From the IMG/VR virus record IMGVR_UViG_3300033148_006964, positions 64,001 to 128,000 of that record: a DNA stretch of 64,000 nucleotides. The stretch is one strand, 5' to 3'. The stretch comes from a virus. The position numbers were made by a program, and so were the translations under genes. Shown one piece after another: positions 11,501-20,584 of the stretch (its first letter is position 1; each line of letters opens with the position of its first letter). The notes beneath the pieces were generated by a model. It saw nothing but the letters and a program-made list of their open reading frames with translations. It made no database searches and was not told the origin of the DNA.

Positions 11501-13677
11501 GTTTTGCTAATAAAACAACTATTGAATCTTGTGTTTCAGAAGACTTAACGGCTGGTAGTAAACGTAATAATTTATCAAGTGTATCTTTAAGTTGGTCTGG
11601 CACTTATCCAGATTTTGAACCAATTAAAACCGATGTGGATGTAAGAGGAAATGCTCAAGTCTTTTTAAATAATGCATATTGGGATTTTTTATTAGATTCT
11701 GTTGGATATATTCGTGGACGCTTATGGGATAGAGGAGCTGTTGAATATAAAACCGTTAAAAAAGTTGTATATGCAGTAGGCACAGACCCTTCAAATTTAA
11801 TAACAAGCGTTGAAACATTACAATGTTCAGTTGCACAAACTGATGGAAGAAGCATTATAACATTTTCTGAAAATCAAATTGATATTAGATTAGGAATAGG
11901 ATGTGTTGTTCAGGTATTAGATCCTTTAGTTTTTCCTGATGGATGTTTATTGCTTGAAAAAATAAGTACAAGTCAATGGTATGTGACCACTTATAAAGGT
12001 GAGATGGTTTCAGTTACAAATGATAAAAATGTGTATTATATTACAAGACCGTTTTCATATTTAAAGTTTGCTTTAACTCAAATCTTTTCATTAGCATACG
12101 GGTATTTAGATGCTACTAATTTAGTAAGCGAAGAGGTTCAGGTAAGTATAGCCTGTTATGATGATTCAAAAAATTATTCCGCTGATATATATAGAGTGGA
12201 TATTCCTGTCATATATTCTGATTGTGATTATTTTTTAAGAATATTTACACCTACTAATGCTAATACAGAATGTAATAAAACACAAAGACATTATGGTAAA
12301 TATTTAGAAACTGGATATAGAATTGATCCAATATACGATACAGTATCTTCATATCAAGATACTATTCGAGGAATAACATGTCATTATTTAGAAATTGAAG
12401 GCTTACAGCTTACGTCTTCATTTGAGCTTTCAGATGGTATAAACTTAACCAGATCTAAAAATATTTATATAAATAGTAATATTATTAAAGGATGTGTAGG
12501 ACATGGAATTAAAATTTTTCCTTCTTCATTACTTTTGAATATTACTAACGATGTTATTGTAAATAATTTAATATATGAGTGTTGGAAAGATGGTATTAAT
12601 TATGGTGCTGATTATTTGGCTTTAGGTGCAATTGCTTATGTTTATAATAATACTATAGTTGATTGTTATCGTGGTATAGTATTAATTAAAGATGATTCGA
12701 TACCTGGCAATTCATTAATAGGTAGAAATAATATATGTCAAAATCCAAATGGTTATGACTATGCTGTAGATTTATTTTCTGCTGGAGGTCAATTTAATTT
12801 ATATAATAATATCAGTATAGATGATTCTCTTGTTAATTATTTAGACTTATTTAATCAACCTGATATTTATATTAATTTTAGAAATAAAACAGAAGAAATT
12901 TTTGATCTTAACAGTACGGATGTAGCTGCTGTTGGAAACGCAACGCCATTGTTTGATGATACAATATCACCGTTTGGTGTTGATATTGCAGGACGTCCAA
13001 GAAGTGAAGATAATTGGGAAATAGGGGCGTTTGAAATAACTGATATAAATTGTGATGAAGCGAATTTAATAATAAATTCAGTTAAACTTGAATCAATAGG
13101 AACATATACAACAGATCCTGTTATTGAAACACTCTACCTTAGAGATGCTGTTGGCGTTGATCCTGATTATAAACCTGGAATAGATCATGGGGTTCAATTT
13201 AAAGCAATATCTGAAATTAATACGTATATTGCGGCAACGCCAGGACAAGACGCTTTTGACCTTATTATATATGTTCAAGGCGGGACTTCTCATGAGGGAA
13301 CTTTTGAATTAGATGATCGTGGAACCCGTACTGTTCTTATAGAAGCAGATCCTGATGATTATTCTTTAGGTATTCCAACTTTAATTTCTCCTGATAGTGA
13401 TGCGTTAATTGATGACGCATCAGTTCAAGATGAGATTACTTTTGAAAATTTAAAACTTAGAAATGTTAATATAGCAGAAGGGGTTGTTGGCACGGTACAA
13501 GACCTTCTCGTTAATAGCACTACAAGTACTACTAATATTATTTTAATTAATTCTATAGCTCAAATAGATGGAAATAAATTAATTAACGGGGCAGACAGAT
13601 GCGATATTGATGTTCTTAATTCTATACTTATATATAGGAATTCTAATAATAGTTCAACGTTGTATTTAACAAATTAA
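5563..13677 (+). CDS. Giant (2704 aa) virion protein with five tandem right-handed beta-helix modules and three poly-Ser tracts
   Basis: Repeated I-x-NN-I-I/NNT rungs; five C-N-x-x-x-[RK]-H-x-G motifs; W-x-x-G/DIG closing motifs. Confidence 0.85.
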   Translation: MILGYTHSLVNPAAGAAAFDFGTKAVSEYMAFSVGTQSTDTNGYLRLDHDDSMPNINIVNSEITFSVPQDNYYVGIGDELTITDGTTVQIMYLIEKITPWKWKVKDKKGLPINDISSLSGYYATDLNKTFNHIRKAVGTNGASYKLETSDLVDKELILKIVCYEMTDTRNFTIDDNWTTSEEYYIHILVPNNTSKDCNSTQRHNGVYGDGFKLVVGAATAIANNTAGTIIEGLQIYGSGDYGIRLNIDEDVKILNNIIHGFDRGISSEVAESSSSHSSSSLNSSSSSNSSSSSLNSSSSSLSSSSSPSSSSSLLSSSSSSSSPSSSSSSSSSNSSSSSNSSSSSESSSSSSSSSSSSSSNSSSSSESSSSLSISSSSSSSSSNSHSSSSSSPSSSSNSSSSESSSSYESSSNTIIAWNTIYDCLNIGIYIGTSLIYNNTIQNCPIGYQIHSHNSELVNNIGQDCLTNVFDIGSYTSTLENCISDDATAIGINCFINTTISFTDKTNNNFKLDNNCNVAIDKGKDLSNDFDYLFKEDNSGEIPDNTWSIGSFHYTRNITFSVGDLALDLKSGGNATISNGIITFSVPQVDTGLCVGCKITLAAVSEDVYLEEKIDTSNWKVNNGVGSPSSDQAVPKVVNSIKYAIANLLTGLEDDGSGHCAIITLTGHYYLSSSDLKIQLACAEGASVATVTEDLRTDRTRYVKIFTPYNTTTQCNATMRHSGIWDDDLFNSYQISVSMDNFVIEGLQIDGASPSSYGIYAIAGKDIIIKNNIIKDAVIAGIRFDDNDSAGKNVIINNIIYDNQGDGINIIHNFGIAAMGTMGEPSELSSSSSETSAQSSSSSSSSNSSSSSSSSILSSSSSSSSSSNSSSSSSGSSSSSSSNSSSSSLNSLSSSNSSSSSLNSSSSSNSSSSSNSSSSNSSSSKNSSSSSSSNSSSSVSYNEWRLTALYKSALPNDYSISVISGSSPEINWNSNSLQIISDGRTPQSIIDNATVNGEPWGTIEAIDNTTNIQLFSSTLFSDFNNFRAGSYGSIDSHFYIYNNTVIGCDNGINMESFPERAYTNHIEVKNNYCADSTEYDYKSNLVNPATINIESSWSSDDTLSKNFNGSWNDINKILRFRDLPLKDFHIILADSLSMNRVLNLSADIYYSFDFDIDDESRLSKKWDLGADNYSALSGKEAAFSIGSDSTNLDENPSGRRFTVKDSIVIFNESSLGDKVGVGDKITYNFDFLSSSSSLNSSSSSSSSNSSSSNNSESSNIYSSSSSLSSSSNSSSSSLSSASSSSNSSSSSSNSSSSLSSSGSLSSSSSENSSSSESSSSLESSESSSSVGTGSFYLVEKGTDYKWKVADNTGNDISDIDTLANVNHIKRVASSLNSGMNLSAGSIQNIIGSQDLTAALINIARLSIYCYTDTGADLGNVEIKNWTTDTNHKIKIEAPYDTYSQCNYSQKHAGIWSSLAFRIEPTGSVAVVVTNSYVSIIGMQVVPNDSTADNGIIIDGGYSNIIIRNNIIKEAFIGIAHTTNVNNAFVISNTVYDTDDHGIEIKKGYGFNNTVIGSGNIGIQTPAAAIDLINCLVQDSTTTDFGASTSISTCISSDASAGILNGCKSNVTAVFADKTNKDFHLARSDIQALGIGTDLSTNSNYAFGYDIDNELIDDPWDIGSDFKSISTIDLYFSISRNSTADLKSGTTPKIDISNGIAYFTEDGEELPQDDIGLGVGNVVTYDTTLKCYLYRKITSSSWEVRTKYGETPDATAAPVALNSIKHVFNVEMRYVLDSSANSLRVFLGDASNPFDNLSAAKYRVFIPTYRNTFYNLLSVTISGFTTDQYNYLHVFTPVDINSYCNTSQRHPGQYISSATASQARIDVSSGTPGQAVNIADDYIKFEGLEVVGGAPNNGFLLSANYCVIINNLIVDCKRGMELSSSYNIIINNIINNTSSHGINSVGNNIFYNNTVYGCTVFGFVNPSTDTIINCITQDCGAGFANKTTIESCVSEDLTAGSKRNNLSSVSLSWSGTYPDFEPIKTDVDVRGNAQVFLNNAYWDFLLDSVGYIRGRLWDRGAVEYKTVKKVVYAVGTDPSNLITSVETLQCSVAQTDGRSIITFSENQIDIRLGIGCVVQVLDPLVFPDGCLLLEKISTSQWYVTTYKGEMVSVTNDKNVYYITRPFSYLKFALTQIFSLAYGYLDATNLVSEEVQVSIACYDDSKNYSADIYRVDIPVIYSDCDYFLRIFTPTNANTECNKTQRHYGKYLETGYRIDPIYDTVSSYQDTIRGITCHYLEIEGLQLTSSFELSDGINLTRSKNIYINSNIIKGCVGHGIKIFPSSLLLNITNDVIVNNLIYECWKDGINYGADYLALGAIAYVYNNTIVDCYRGIVLIKDDSIPGNSLIGRNNICQNPNGYDYAVDLFSAGGQFNLYNNISIDDSLVNYLDLFNQPDIYINFRNKTEEIFDLNSTDVAAVGNATPLFDDTISPFGVDIAGRPRSEDNWEIGAFEITDINCDEANLIINSVKLESIGTYTTDPVIETLYLRDAVGVDPDYKPGIDHGVQFKAISEINTYIAATPGQDAFDLIIYVQGGTSHEGTFELDDRGTRTVLIEADPDDYSLGIPTLISPDSDALIDDASVQDEITFENLKLRNVNIAEGVVGTVQDLLVNSTTSTTNIILINSIAQIDGNKLINGADRCDIDVLNSILIYRNSNNSSTLYLTN
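6376..6795 (+). repeat. Poly-serine tract (~140 codons)
   Basis: Read directly; inserted between beta-helix rungs of repeat 1. Confidence 0.95.
8044..8373 (+). repeat. Poly-serine tract (~110 codons)
   Basis: Read directly; richer in TCAAGT/AGTAGT units; lies in repeat 2. Confidence 0.95.
9256..9546 (+). repeat. Poly-serine tract (~97 codons)
   Basis: Read directly; lies in the N-terminal subdomain of repeat 3. Confidence 0.95.
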
Positions 13678-13702
13678 TTGTAAATTGAAAGTAAATTAAA
13701 AT

Positions 13703-13825
13703 ATGGCTAATTATTATGTAGATTTCAGTTCTGGCAAACCTGGATGCGCCAATATAGTTATCATTAATAAATAGGCTATATTAGATATTATAATAAAGAT
13801 TTGGGATCAGTTGAGTTAAATTAAG
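13703..13825 (+). pseudogene. Rearrangement relic: 23-codon stub (MANYYVDFSSG...) plus a 43-bp copy of the 3' end of CDS 15642-18419
   Basis: 13783-13825 matches 18383-18425 at 40 of 43 positions (DIIIKIWDQLS* vs DIIIEIWDQLS*). Confidence 0.7.
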
Positions 13826-13836
13826 GTGAGATTAAA

Positions 13837-15633
13837 ATGCCAATATCACAAGGAAGTTTTGAAATTGGAATTGATGGTGATTACGATAATTGGTATTTGT
13901 GGGCAGACGCTTTAGATGCTGGTTTAACAGACGATATGTCTGTTACAGCTATTTCTGCGTTCAATTCGCCAACAAGAGCCCAGATAGATACGTTAAATTT
14001 AAACGGCCATACATTAACTATTGATGGTGCAGGATTTTTAACTACAGCAATATCTTCAGATGCTGCAAAAACTTGTATAGAAATTTATAATATAACAGGC
14101 TTAGGAACTGTTAATGTTAAAAATCTTAATATGATAGCTACTTGTGATGCTACAACATCTCCAGATACTTGGTTTGAAGCTCTTCTAACTATTAGTGTTC
14201 TTGGAAATGTTGATCAAATATATAATATTCAAGATTGTAAATTTAATTGCAATAATTATAAAATGATTGGTATTACTATTAATGCAGAACCAACATTTCC
14301 TTATATTAATATTAGTAATGTTATTGCTATTAATAGTAGTGATAGACATGGATTTTATATATACGGGAGTAGTGATAATCTTATTATAGAAAATTGTAAT
14401 GCTATTAATAATGGTGGCAGTAATTTTTACAAGGATCTCGCAGGTACATTTAAAGCATGTATTTTAAGAAATTGCACAGCTTATAATGGTTCAGGTTATG
14501 TTAATTTTAATTTTGGTCATGCTACATTAATTAAATGTGCATCTTCTGACACTTCTGGTTCTGAGACAATTCTTAGAAACAGATCATTTAATAATGATTT
14601 TATTGATGATATTGACTATTTACCTAATGAAACCGGTATATTAATTAATAATGGTGTAAATCCAATTATACCGGGACATACAAAATATTATAACGATGTT
14701 GTAATCGTTAATGGTGAAGTTGATATTGGCGCAAATGGAGTGGATAAAATGAGTTCAAGTTCTAGCTCGTCTGGTGGCATTTTAAGTACTATTAAAAACT
14801 CTATTATTATATCATATAATAATAATGATATTGATTTTTCAATAGGAAGCGCAAGCGATTTAATTAATAATTGTCTTTCTTATAATTATGGTGCTGGAGA
14901 TCTTGATCTGTCTGCAACGAGTAAGATTGATTGTATAGAAAATGAAGGCCCTCAGTTTGTTGAAGTGTCAATTGATGAAAGGCTTTTTAATATTGATCTA
15001 TTAATGAGTTATGATTTTGTCCCAAAGATTACATCTCCAATCGTTAATAATGGTGACAATTCATTTATGAGCGGAATAGATGTTGATATTATTGGTAATA
15101 ATAGAATATATGATAATGGAATAGTAGATATTGGACCGTATGAATTAGAAACTCATAAAAAAATATTTGAACCTAATTCTATACAATCAATATTTCAAGA
15201 TAAACTTACAATTGATTATGCAAATAAAAAATATATTCCTACAAAAGGTGATAAAACTTATAATGATCTATGGTATCAATTTACAAATAATCCGGAAGAC
15301 CGAGAAGATTTTGTAAGAGAATCTAAAATTATTATAGAATTAAAAAATCTTGATAAAGGCTATAAATTATTAACTGATAAACAAAATACAGAAATAGGTT
15401 CTGTAGAAGCATATTTTGATAGTGGTACTTATTCTATTATTATATCAAAATCAAATAATCTATTAGGTAAGGTCTGGAATGATTTATTTTCAGGGAGATA
15501 CGTATTTTATTTTGATGAGTCAGTACATCTATTAAGGATATATTTAAATGATACTTATAGTAAGGGCCTTTCTGGTAATAGGAATCCAATTAAAAATGTG
15601 AAAATTGGCGGTTCGTCTATTGTTAACAAATAG
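13837..15633 (+). CDS. Beta-helix virion protein, possibly a chimera joined at a short Ser tract
   Basis: Two beta-helix halves ending in VDIGA and VDIGPYE, separated by 7 Ser codons at 14752-14772. Confidence 0.75.
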   Translation: MPISQGSFEIGIDGDYDNWYLWADALDAGLTDDMSVTAISAFNSPTRAQIDTLNLNGHTLTIDGAGFLTTAISSDAAKTCIEIYNITGLGTVNVKNLNMIATCDATTSPDTWFEALLTISVLGNVDQIYNIQDCKFNCNNYKMIGITINAEPTFPYINISNVIAINSSDRHGFYIYGSSDNLIIENCNAINNGGSNFYKDLAGTFKACILRNCTAYNGSGYVNFNFGHATLIKCASSDTSGSETILRNRSFNNDFIDDIDYLPNETGILINNGVNPIIPGHTKYYNDVVIVNGEVDIGANGVDKMSSSSSSSGGILSTIKNSIIISYNNNDIDFSIGSASDLINNCLSYNYGAGDLDLSATSKIDCIENEGPQFVEVSIDERLFNIDLLMSYDFVPKITSPIVNNGDNSFMSGIDVDIIGNNRIYDNGIVDIGPYELETHKKIFEPNSIQSIFQDKLTIDYANKKYIPTKGDKTYNDLWYQFTNNPEDREDFVRESKIIIELKNLDKGYKLLTDKQNTEIGSVEAYFDSGTYSIIISKSNNLLGKVWNDLFSGRYVFYFDESVHLLRIYLNDTYSKGLSGNRNPIKNVKIGGSSIVNK

Positions 15634-15641
15634 GTTATTGT

Positions 15642-18419
15642 ATGGATAAATTTATTAATTCAAAAAAAGCTACATACCATCATAAAACTATTTCAGATTT
15701 TTCTAAAACAAATAGTTTTGTTTCTAGTGGATTATCTTATGGATATTCAGCAGAAGAATATTCATGGCTTGCTGATATGCTGTTTAAGCATCGATCTAAT
15801 ACATATACTAATGCACATATAGCTTATATTTCATTTTTTAGTAATAGAGAAATAATGAATCAGGAATATTGGAATGTATCTGGTATTTATGAAGAATATC
15901 CATTTTTAAAATTAAATAGTATTGAAAAAACATCTCCTCATACATTTGAATTATCTTCAAGGCAGTATGCTACAATAGGTCAAAAATCTGTAGAATCTGA
16001 TGTATTAGAATATATAAACGCAACAATGTTAGAAAATTTTGAATGGGGTGCCACAGGTTATGATACAGTTGAATTTAAATCTAATCATGAATATTATAAA
16101 GCTCCAGGATTTAGAGCTTTAGGTTTTAGATTAGATATGGAATACGTTTCAATTCCATATGAAAATCATTATCAATATTTATGGATATGGGATAGAAAAA
16201 CAGGAAGCGGTAGTACTTATAACCCTGAAGTTAGTTTAGATAATTATAGATATAATTTAACCGTTAAACCTTGGTTGGCTGATGCATCAAATATAGATCC
16301 AGATAATGATGCTATAGATATATTAACTGACTGGGATTATTATACCTATGGTAGTAGTATATTACGTATGATAAAATACCAATTAAATGTTAATAATCCT
16401 AAATATATATATTTTGAACCTATGAGCCAAATGGTTAATTATTATAATGATGAAGAACATTATGTATCTAATACATATGTTCCATATTTAGGAATTGTTG
16501 GCATTTATAATAATAGTTGGGAAGAAGTCCTTACTGGACATAATTCTACTTTTTTTCCTCAAGTAATTCAAGATGGTGTACTTGAACCCGCAAAAGTGAT
16601 AACGTCGTGGGAACTCCCTACAAGTGCTATACCTAAATCAAAAATTACATATAATCCAATTAATCATCTTCAAGAAGCAGATGATCAATCCAGGATTATT
16701 TATAGTGTATGCGAACATATGTTTAGTATCTTTGACCCGGCAAGCCCTTCAAGGAATTCTATTTATAAAGTTGTTGGTCTTGATGTAGTTTATGAAGGAA
16801 TAGATATTGATACTGAAAGAAATAGAAAATATTCAGCAACAGTAACAACTGAACCTTATTTTGTTAATAGCCCAATATCTAATGGGGAATTAATAAAATA
16901 TACATTTGTAGATTATAATAATACTCCAGTATCTTTTGATGACCCTGCAGATTTTAAATCAGCACCAGCCATGTATCTTAAAATTAAAGCATCTTCAGCT
17001 TTTATTAAAGAATTGGATAGAATATTATCATTAAAAGAATTTAATACTGATATTATTAATACTTTTGAAATGGAAGCCCCTCAAGATCATTTATCAAATT
17101 TATATAATAGTGGAAGTTCTTATTATAGAGATTTTGGTGGAACCGTTAATAAATTTTTTGAAAGACAAGATGATTGTATTGACAATTTAATTGGTGATAC
17201 TGTTGATGGCAGTAAGGTTGGGGCTGGTAGACACGTTAAATTTTGGGTAGATGGTGTTTCTGATTTAAGCTATAGATATACAGACGATGAAATGAAAATT
17301 AATGGTCTTGGGTATAGATGTAAGACAACTGTTAATTCTAATGGTGAAATACAATCTAGTTATGAAGATTCTTTGTTCTTTTATTGCAATAATTATATTG
17401 CAGAAGATGCCCCATTACCAAGTGGAGCTCCTGTGCCAGTTGAAACTCCTATTGAAATCTTAGATGATAAATCATTATTATCTGATGGTCTTAGATATGA
17501 ATTATTTAGACCACTTCTTAAACTTTCTTGTATCAATGGTTTTATAAAAATAATAGAACGTAATCCTCATTTTGAATTAAAAAGAGCCGCCGATGGTAAG
17601 TATGAAGTAATATATAATATCGAATTTCCATATTGTCCAGGATCATATACAGAAAGATCTACTATGGATTTTTCTGGTTCTGATCCGTATAAACTTGCTC
17701 AAATACTTTATAAAGAAAATTATATTAATTCCGGTTCATGGGAGATTGCAGATGAACGGTGTGAGGATCGCTATGATAAGACAAATGATAGGTATGCACC
17801 TTATGGAGACGATTCTTTTGTATATACTAATGCTTTGTTTGAATATGATACAGTAGAAGATAATGTAACAACAAATTCATTTAAAAAGAATGGAAGAATT
17901 ACTAGTGCTGATGGCAAACTTGGAGAGTTGATATTATATCCTAAATCTTTAATTTATTCTGTAAACAGAGATAAGTTACGTTTACTTAGTCTGATAAAAC
18001 CTAAAGCTAATGGTTATGAAAGATATGGGACTTATATAATCAACCTTGTACCATCGAGCAGCGGTCCTGCTGATATGAAGTTAATATCAATAGCTGATAA
18101 TCAACAATGGAAGTTTGATATAGATAAATTTAGTTCTTATATTGGAAGAGAAGTTCCAACTTATATTTTTGAAATAAACGCATCTACTTTATTTGAAGAT
18201 TATCTAAATTATCAAAAACATTATAGCGGAATACCAAATATGAAACGTTGGTTATATACTAACTTTTCAGGGTATGCGCATATGGTTTCATTGCCTAGCA
18301 TTGAAGAGGCAAATAATATTACATCTGAAGAGATAATTACTTTAGATAAAGTTAATTGGCTTACGTCAAAACAATCTGAATCAGATATTATAATAGAGAT
18401 TTGGGATCAATTAAGTTAA
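15642..18419 (+). CDS. Large hypothetical virion protein (925 aa)
   Basis: Long ORF tightly packed in the structural operon. Confidence 0.75.
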   Translation: MDKFINSKKATYHHKTISDFSKTNSFVSSGLSYGYSAEEYSWLADMLFKHRSNTYTNAHIAYISFFSNREIMNQEYWNVSGIYEEYPFLKLNSIEKTSPHTFELSSRQYATIGQKSVESDVLEYINATMLENFEWGATGYDTVEFKSNHEYYKAPGFRALGFRLDMEYVSIPYENHYQYLWIWDRKTGSGSTYNPEVSLDNYRYNLTVKPWLADASNIDPDNDAIDILTDWDYYTYGSSILRMIKYQLNVNNPKYIYFEPMSQMVNYYNDEEHYVSNTYVPYLGIVGIYNNSWEEVLTGHNSTFFPQVIQDGVLEPAKVITSWELPTSAIPKSKITYNPINHLQEADDQSRIIYSVCEHMFSIFDPASPSRNSIYKVVGLDVVYEGIDIDTERNRKYSATVTTEPYFVNSPISNGELIKYTFVDYNNTPVSFDDPADFKSAPAMYLKIKASSAFIKELDRILSLKEFNTDIINTFEMEAPQDHLSNLYNSGSSYYRDFGGTVNKFFERQDDCIDNLIGDTVDGSKVGAGRHVKFWVDGVSDLSYRYTDDEMKINGLGYRCKTTVNSNGEIQSSYEDSLFFYCNNYIAEDAPLPSGAPVPVETPIEILDDKSLLSDGLRYELFRPLLKLSCINGFIKIIERNPHFELKRAADGKYEVIYNIEFPYCPGSYTERSTMDFSGSDPYKLAQILYKENYINSGSWEIADERCEDRYDKTNDRYAPYGDDSFVYTNALFEYDTVEDNVTTNSFKKNGRITSADGKLGELILYPKSLIYSVNRDKLRLLSLIKPKANGYERYGTYIINLVPSSSGPADMKLISIADNQQWKFDIDKFSSYIGREVPTYIFEINASTLFEDYLNYQKHYSGIPNMKRWLYTNFSGYAHMVSLPSIEEANNITSEEIITLDKVNWLTSKQSESDIIIEIWDQLS

Positions 18420-18465
18420 ATTAAGTTTTTAGTATTTGTATAATAAAAACAGAGGATTAATAAAA

Positions 18466-19386
18466 ATGGATTTAAGTTCTTCAAGTTCCTCAGATTCTTC
18501 CAGTAGTTCTATGGGCAGTTCATATTTACAAGGAAATTGGCGCCCATTTAATGCTACAAGATTTGATAACAATAAAACTTGTGGAAATCTTCTTTTAGAC
18601 GATCTACATGCACGAGAAATATCAGCCCCATTTGAACCAACTAAAATTTTTGAAATAGATGGCGATATAGGAATTTATACGGTCAATCTAGGTACATGGG
18701 ATTTTGAAGGATCTTTTGTTTTTCCTAAAGATCTGAATGTTAAAGAAAGATTTAATGGGATGACAAATAAAGTATTATATGATATTGTTAATAAAAAGAC
18801 ATATCATATAGCTTATTTAGATTATGATTCCAGTGATATATTACAGCCTTTTTTATTAGCATATATATATTTCGACCCAAATGATACTGATAACTTTGAC
18901 GTGTGGGATATCGCTAATATTGCTGGATATGACGTAAACCCTCTTCAAATATTAGATTCTGGATTTAGATTAAGTAAAGATATATTAAATTCTTTTGATT
19001 CTAATAAGCATATTGTAGGTGTAGATGACTGTTCAGTTAAAAGGATGATAGATATTAGAGAGGAAGGTACGTATAGTGATTTATTAAGATATATTGATGA
19101 AAACAGTAAGATTTTCTTTAGAGTAAGGCCTGTAATCGCTAAAAACCTAGCGCCTGCCTCGTATGAAGACCAGGACACATCTTCACTTCAATATATTGGC
19201 GAAGAAGTTTTAGAGTCACCAGTTGATAAATGGGTTAATTATCCATGGAGTGATGATGGCGTTACTTATGAATATGGATTTGAGTGGGGCATTACTAAAT
19301 TAATAAATAGCATTAGAAGATCTATAAGACCTATAGAACTACCAAGAAAGTTTGGTATAACTTATTTTAAGTGTGCATCGAAATAA
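18466..19386 (+). CDS. Hypothetical virion protein with an N-terminal Ser tract
   Basis: ATG at 18466 follows an AGAGG RBS and is preferred over the track TTG at 18436; begins MDLSSSSSSDSSSSS. Confidence 0.7.
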   Translation: MDLSSSSSSDSSSSSMGSSYLQGNWRPFNATRFDNNKTCGNLLLDDLHAREISAPFEPTKIFEIDGDIGIYTVNLGTWDFEGSFVFPKDLNVKERFNGMTNKVLYDIVNKKTYHIAYLDYDSSDILQPFLLAYIYFDPNDTDNFDVWDIANIAGYDVNPLQILDSGFRLSKDILNSFDSNKHIVGVDDCSVKRMIDIREEGTYSDLLRYIDENSKIFFRVRPVIAKNLAPASYEDQDTSSLQYIGEEVLESPVDKWVNYPWSDDGVTYEYGFEWGITKLINSIRRSIRPIELPRKFGITYFKCASK

Positions 19387-19414
19387 TTGCTTATTATAGT
19401 AAAATTATTATATA

Positions 19415-20554
19415 TTGAATTCATGGGGGCTTGTCGCAATGATTTCAAATTTAAGATCTAAATCAATACAAGGGCATATAACAGATAGCGCTGGTAATAT
19501 TTTACGTAATGCCACAATAGTTATTAAAGTAAATACTCCAACTAGTGTAAATGTTGTAGATTCAGCAATTTCAGATGATGATGGATACTTTATTAGCAAA
19601 CCGCTTCCTAATGGAATATACGATATATATGAATCAGGTATAAGAGTGTCACAAGTTATACATACAGCTGATAGAAATTCTATTCAAGTATTTAAAGCTG
19701 ATTCTGATAATTATAATACTACTATAATAGAATCGTTTTCTGATTTAATTGAAAATGATGCGACTAAACAACTTAATAAATTTAAAATGTTTCTTCAAAT
19801 AGAGCCAAATAGTATTGATGTAGCTCAATATGGGAATATTTTTCCATTATATGATGTTGATTTAACACAGTTAGAGAAAGCAAATGAAAGTTATTATGAT
19901 TTATCTCAATTTTTTGGATTTGAATCAGAATCTAGGATTACTATAACCAGATTTGATATAGAATATTATAGTCCATTAACTTCTATCTCTCAGTCTTATA
20001 AAAGAATTAGATGGTCAGGAGTTCCTGGAATAAGAAATAGTAGTGATTCTAAGCTAGTGTTACCGCTGGATTATTTTTCAATTGTAGCTAATCTTTCTAA
20101 GGTTGTACAACCTGTAAGTAATACAGCATTTACAGCTGGAACTATTGTATATGAATATGTTGCTGTTAGCGGTACATTGTTTATATCTCAGGCTGGGCTT
20201 GGCGACAGCGATTATGCTGCTGGGTTTTATCCATACGTTAATATTGGTGATATAGTAAAAGTAGAATTAGATATAGGTGATTGGTATGGTTTAGTTGTTA
20301 GTAAAACTGATGGATCAGGTTCGTTAAAAAAAATAGAATTAAAAAATTGGCTTACAAGTAGAAGTGAATATACGAGCGTAGCACTTTCACCACTTACTGG
20401 TGACGTAGAGAAAATTTCGGCATATAATGGGATGTTTCAAGCGATACCTAATATAGATGAAGAAACAAACGAATTATTTACTGTAGTTGAAAACGTATCG
20501 GCTCAAAATGGAGCAGATGAGCTATATACTTATATTAATGCTCCAATATCTTAA
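19415..20554 (+). CDS. Virion protein with an N-terminal carboxypeptidase-regulatory/Cna-B-like beta-sandwich
   Basis: Pattern G-x-ITDSAG..L.NATI.I...SDDDGYF...LPNG.YDI; true start may be the ATG at 19439. Confidence 0.6.
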   Translation: MNSWGLVAMISNLRSKSIQGHITDSAGNILRNATIVIKVNTPTSVNVVDSAISDDDGYFISKPLPNGIYDIYESGIRVSQVIHTADRNSIQVFKADSDNYNTTIIESFSDLIENDATKQLNKFKMFLQIEPNSIDVAQYGNIFPLYDVDLTQLEKANESYYDLSQFFGFESESRITITRFDIEYYSPLTSISQSYKRIRWSGVPGIRNSSDSKLVLPLDYFSIVANLSKVVQPVSNTAFTAGTIVYEYVAVSGTLFISQAGLGDSDYAAGFYPYVNIGDIVKVELDIGDWYGLVVSKTDGSGSLKKIELKNWLTSRSEYTSVALSPLTGDVEKISAYNGMFQAIPNIDEETNELFTVVENVSAQNGADELYTYINAPIS

Positions 20555-20584
20555 TCATAGCTGGGTGGCTATCTGGGGGTTGTT

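Noticed and set aside
13675-13780. Programmed frameshift or stop read-through extending the giant protein; alternative genetic code
   Set aside because: All three frames close within ~35 nt, and TAA, TAG and TGA all end well-supported genes elsewhere.
5563-15633. Diversity-generating retroelement acting on the beta-helix genes
   Set aside because: No reverse transcriptase and no template/variable repeat pair differing only at adenines; the 43-bp repeat has changes in both directions.
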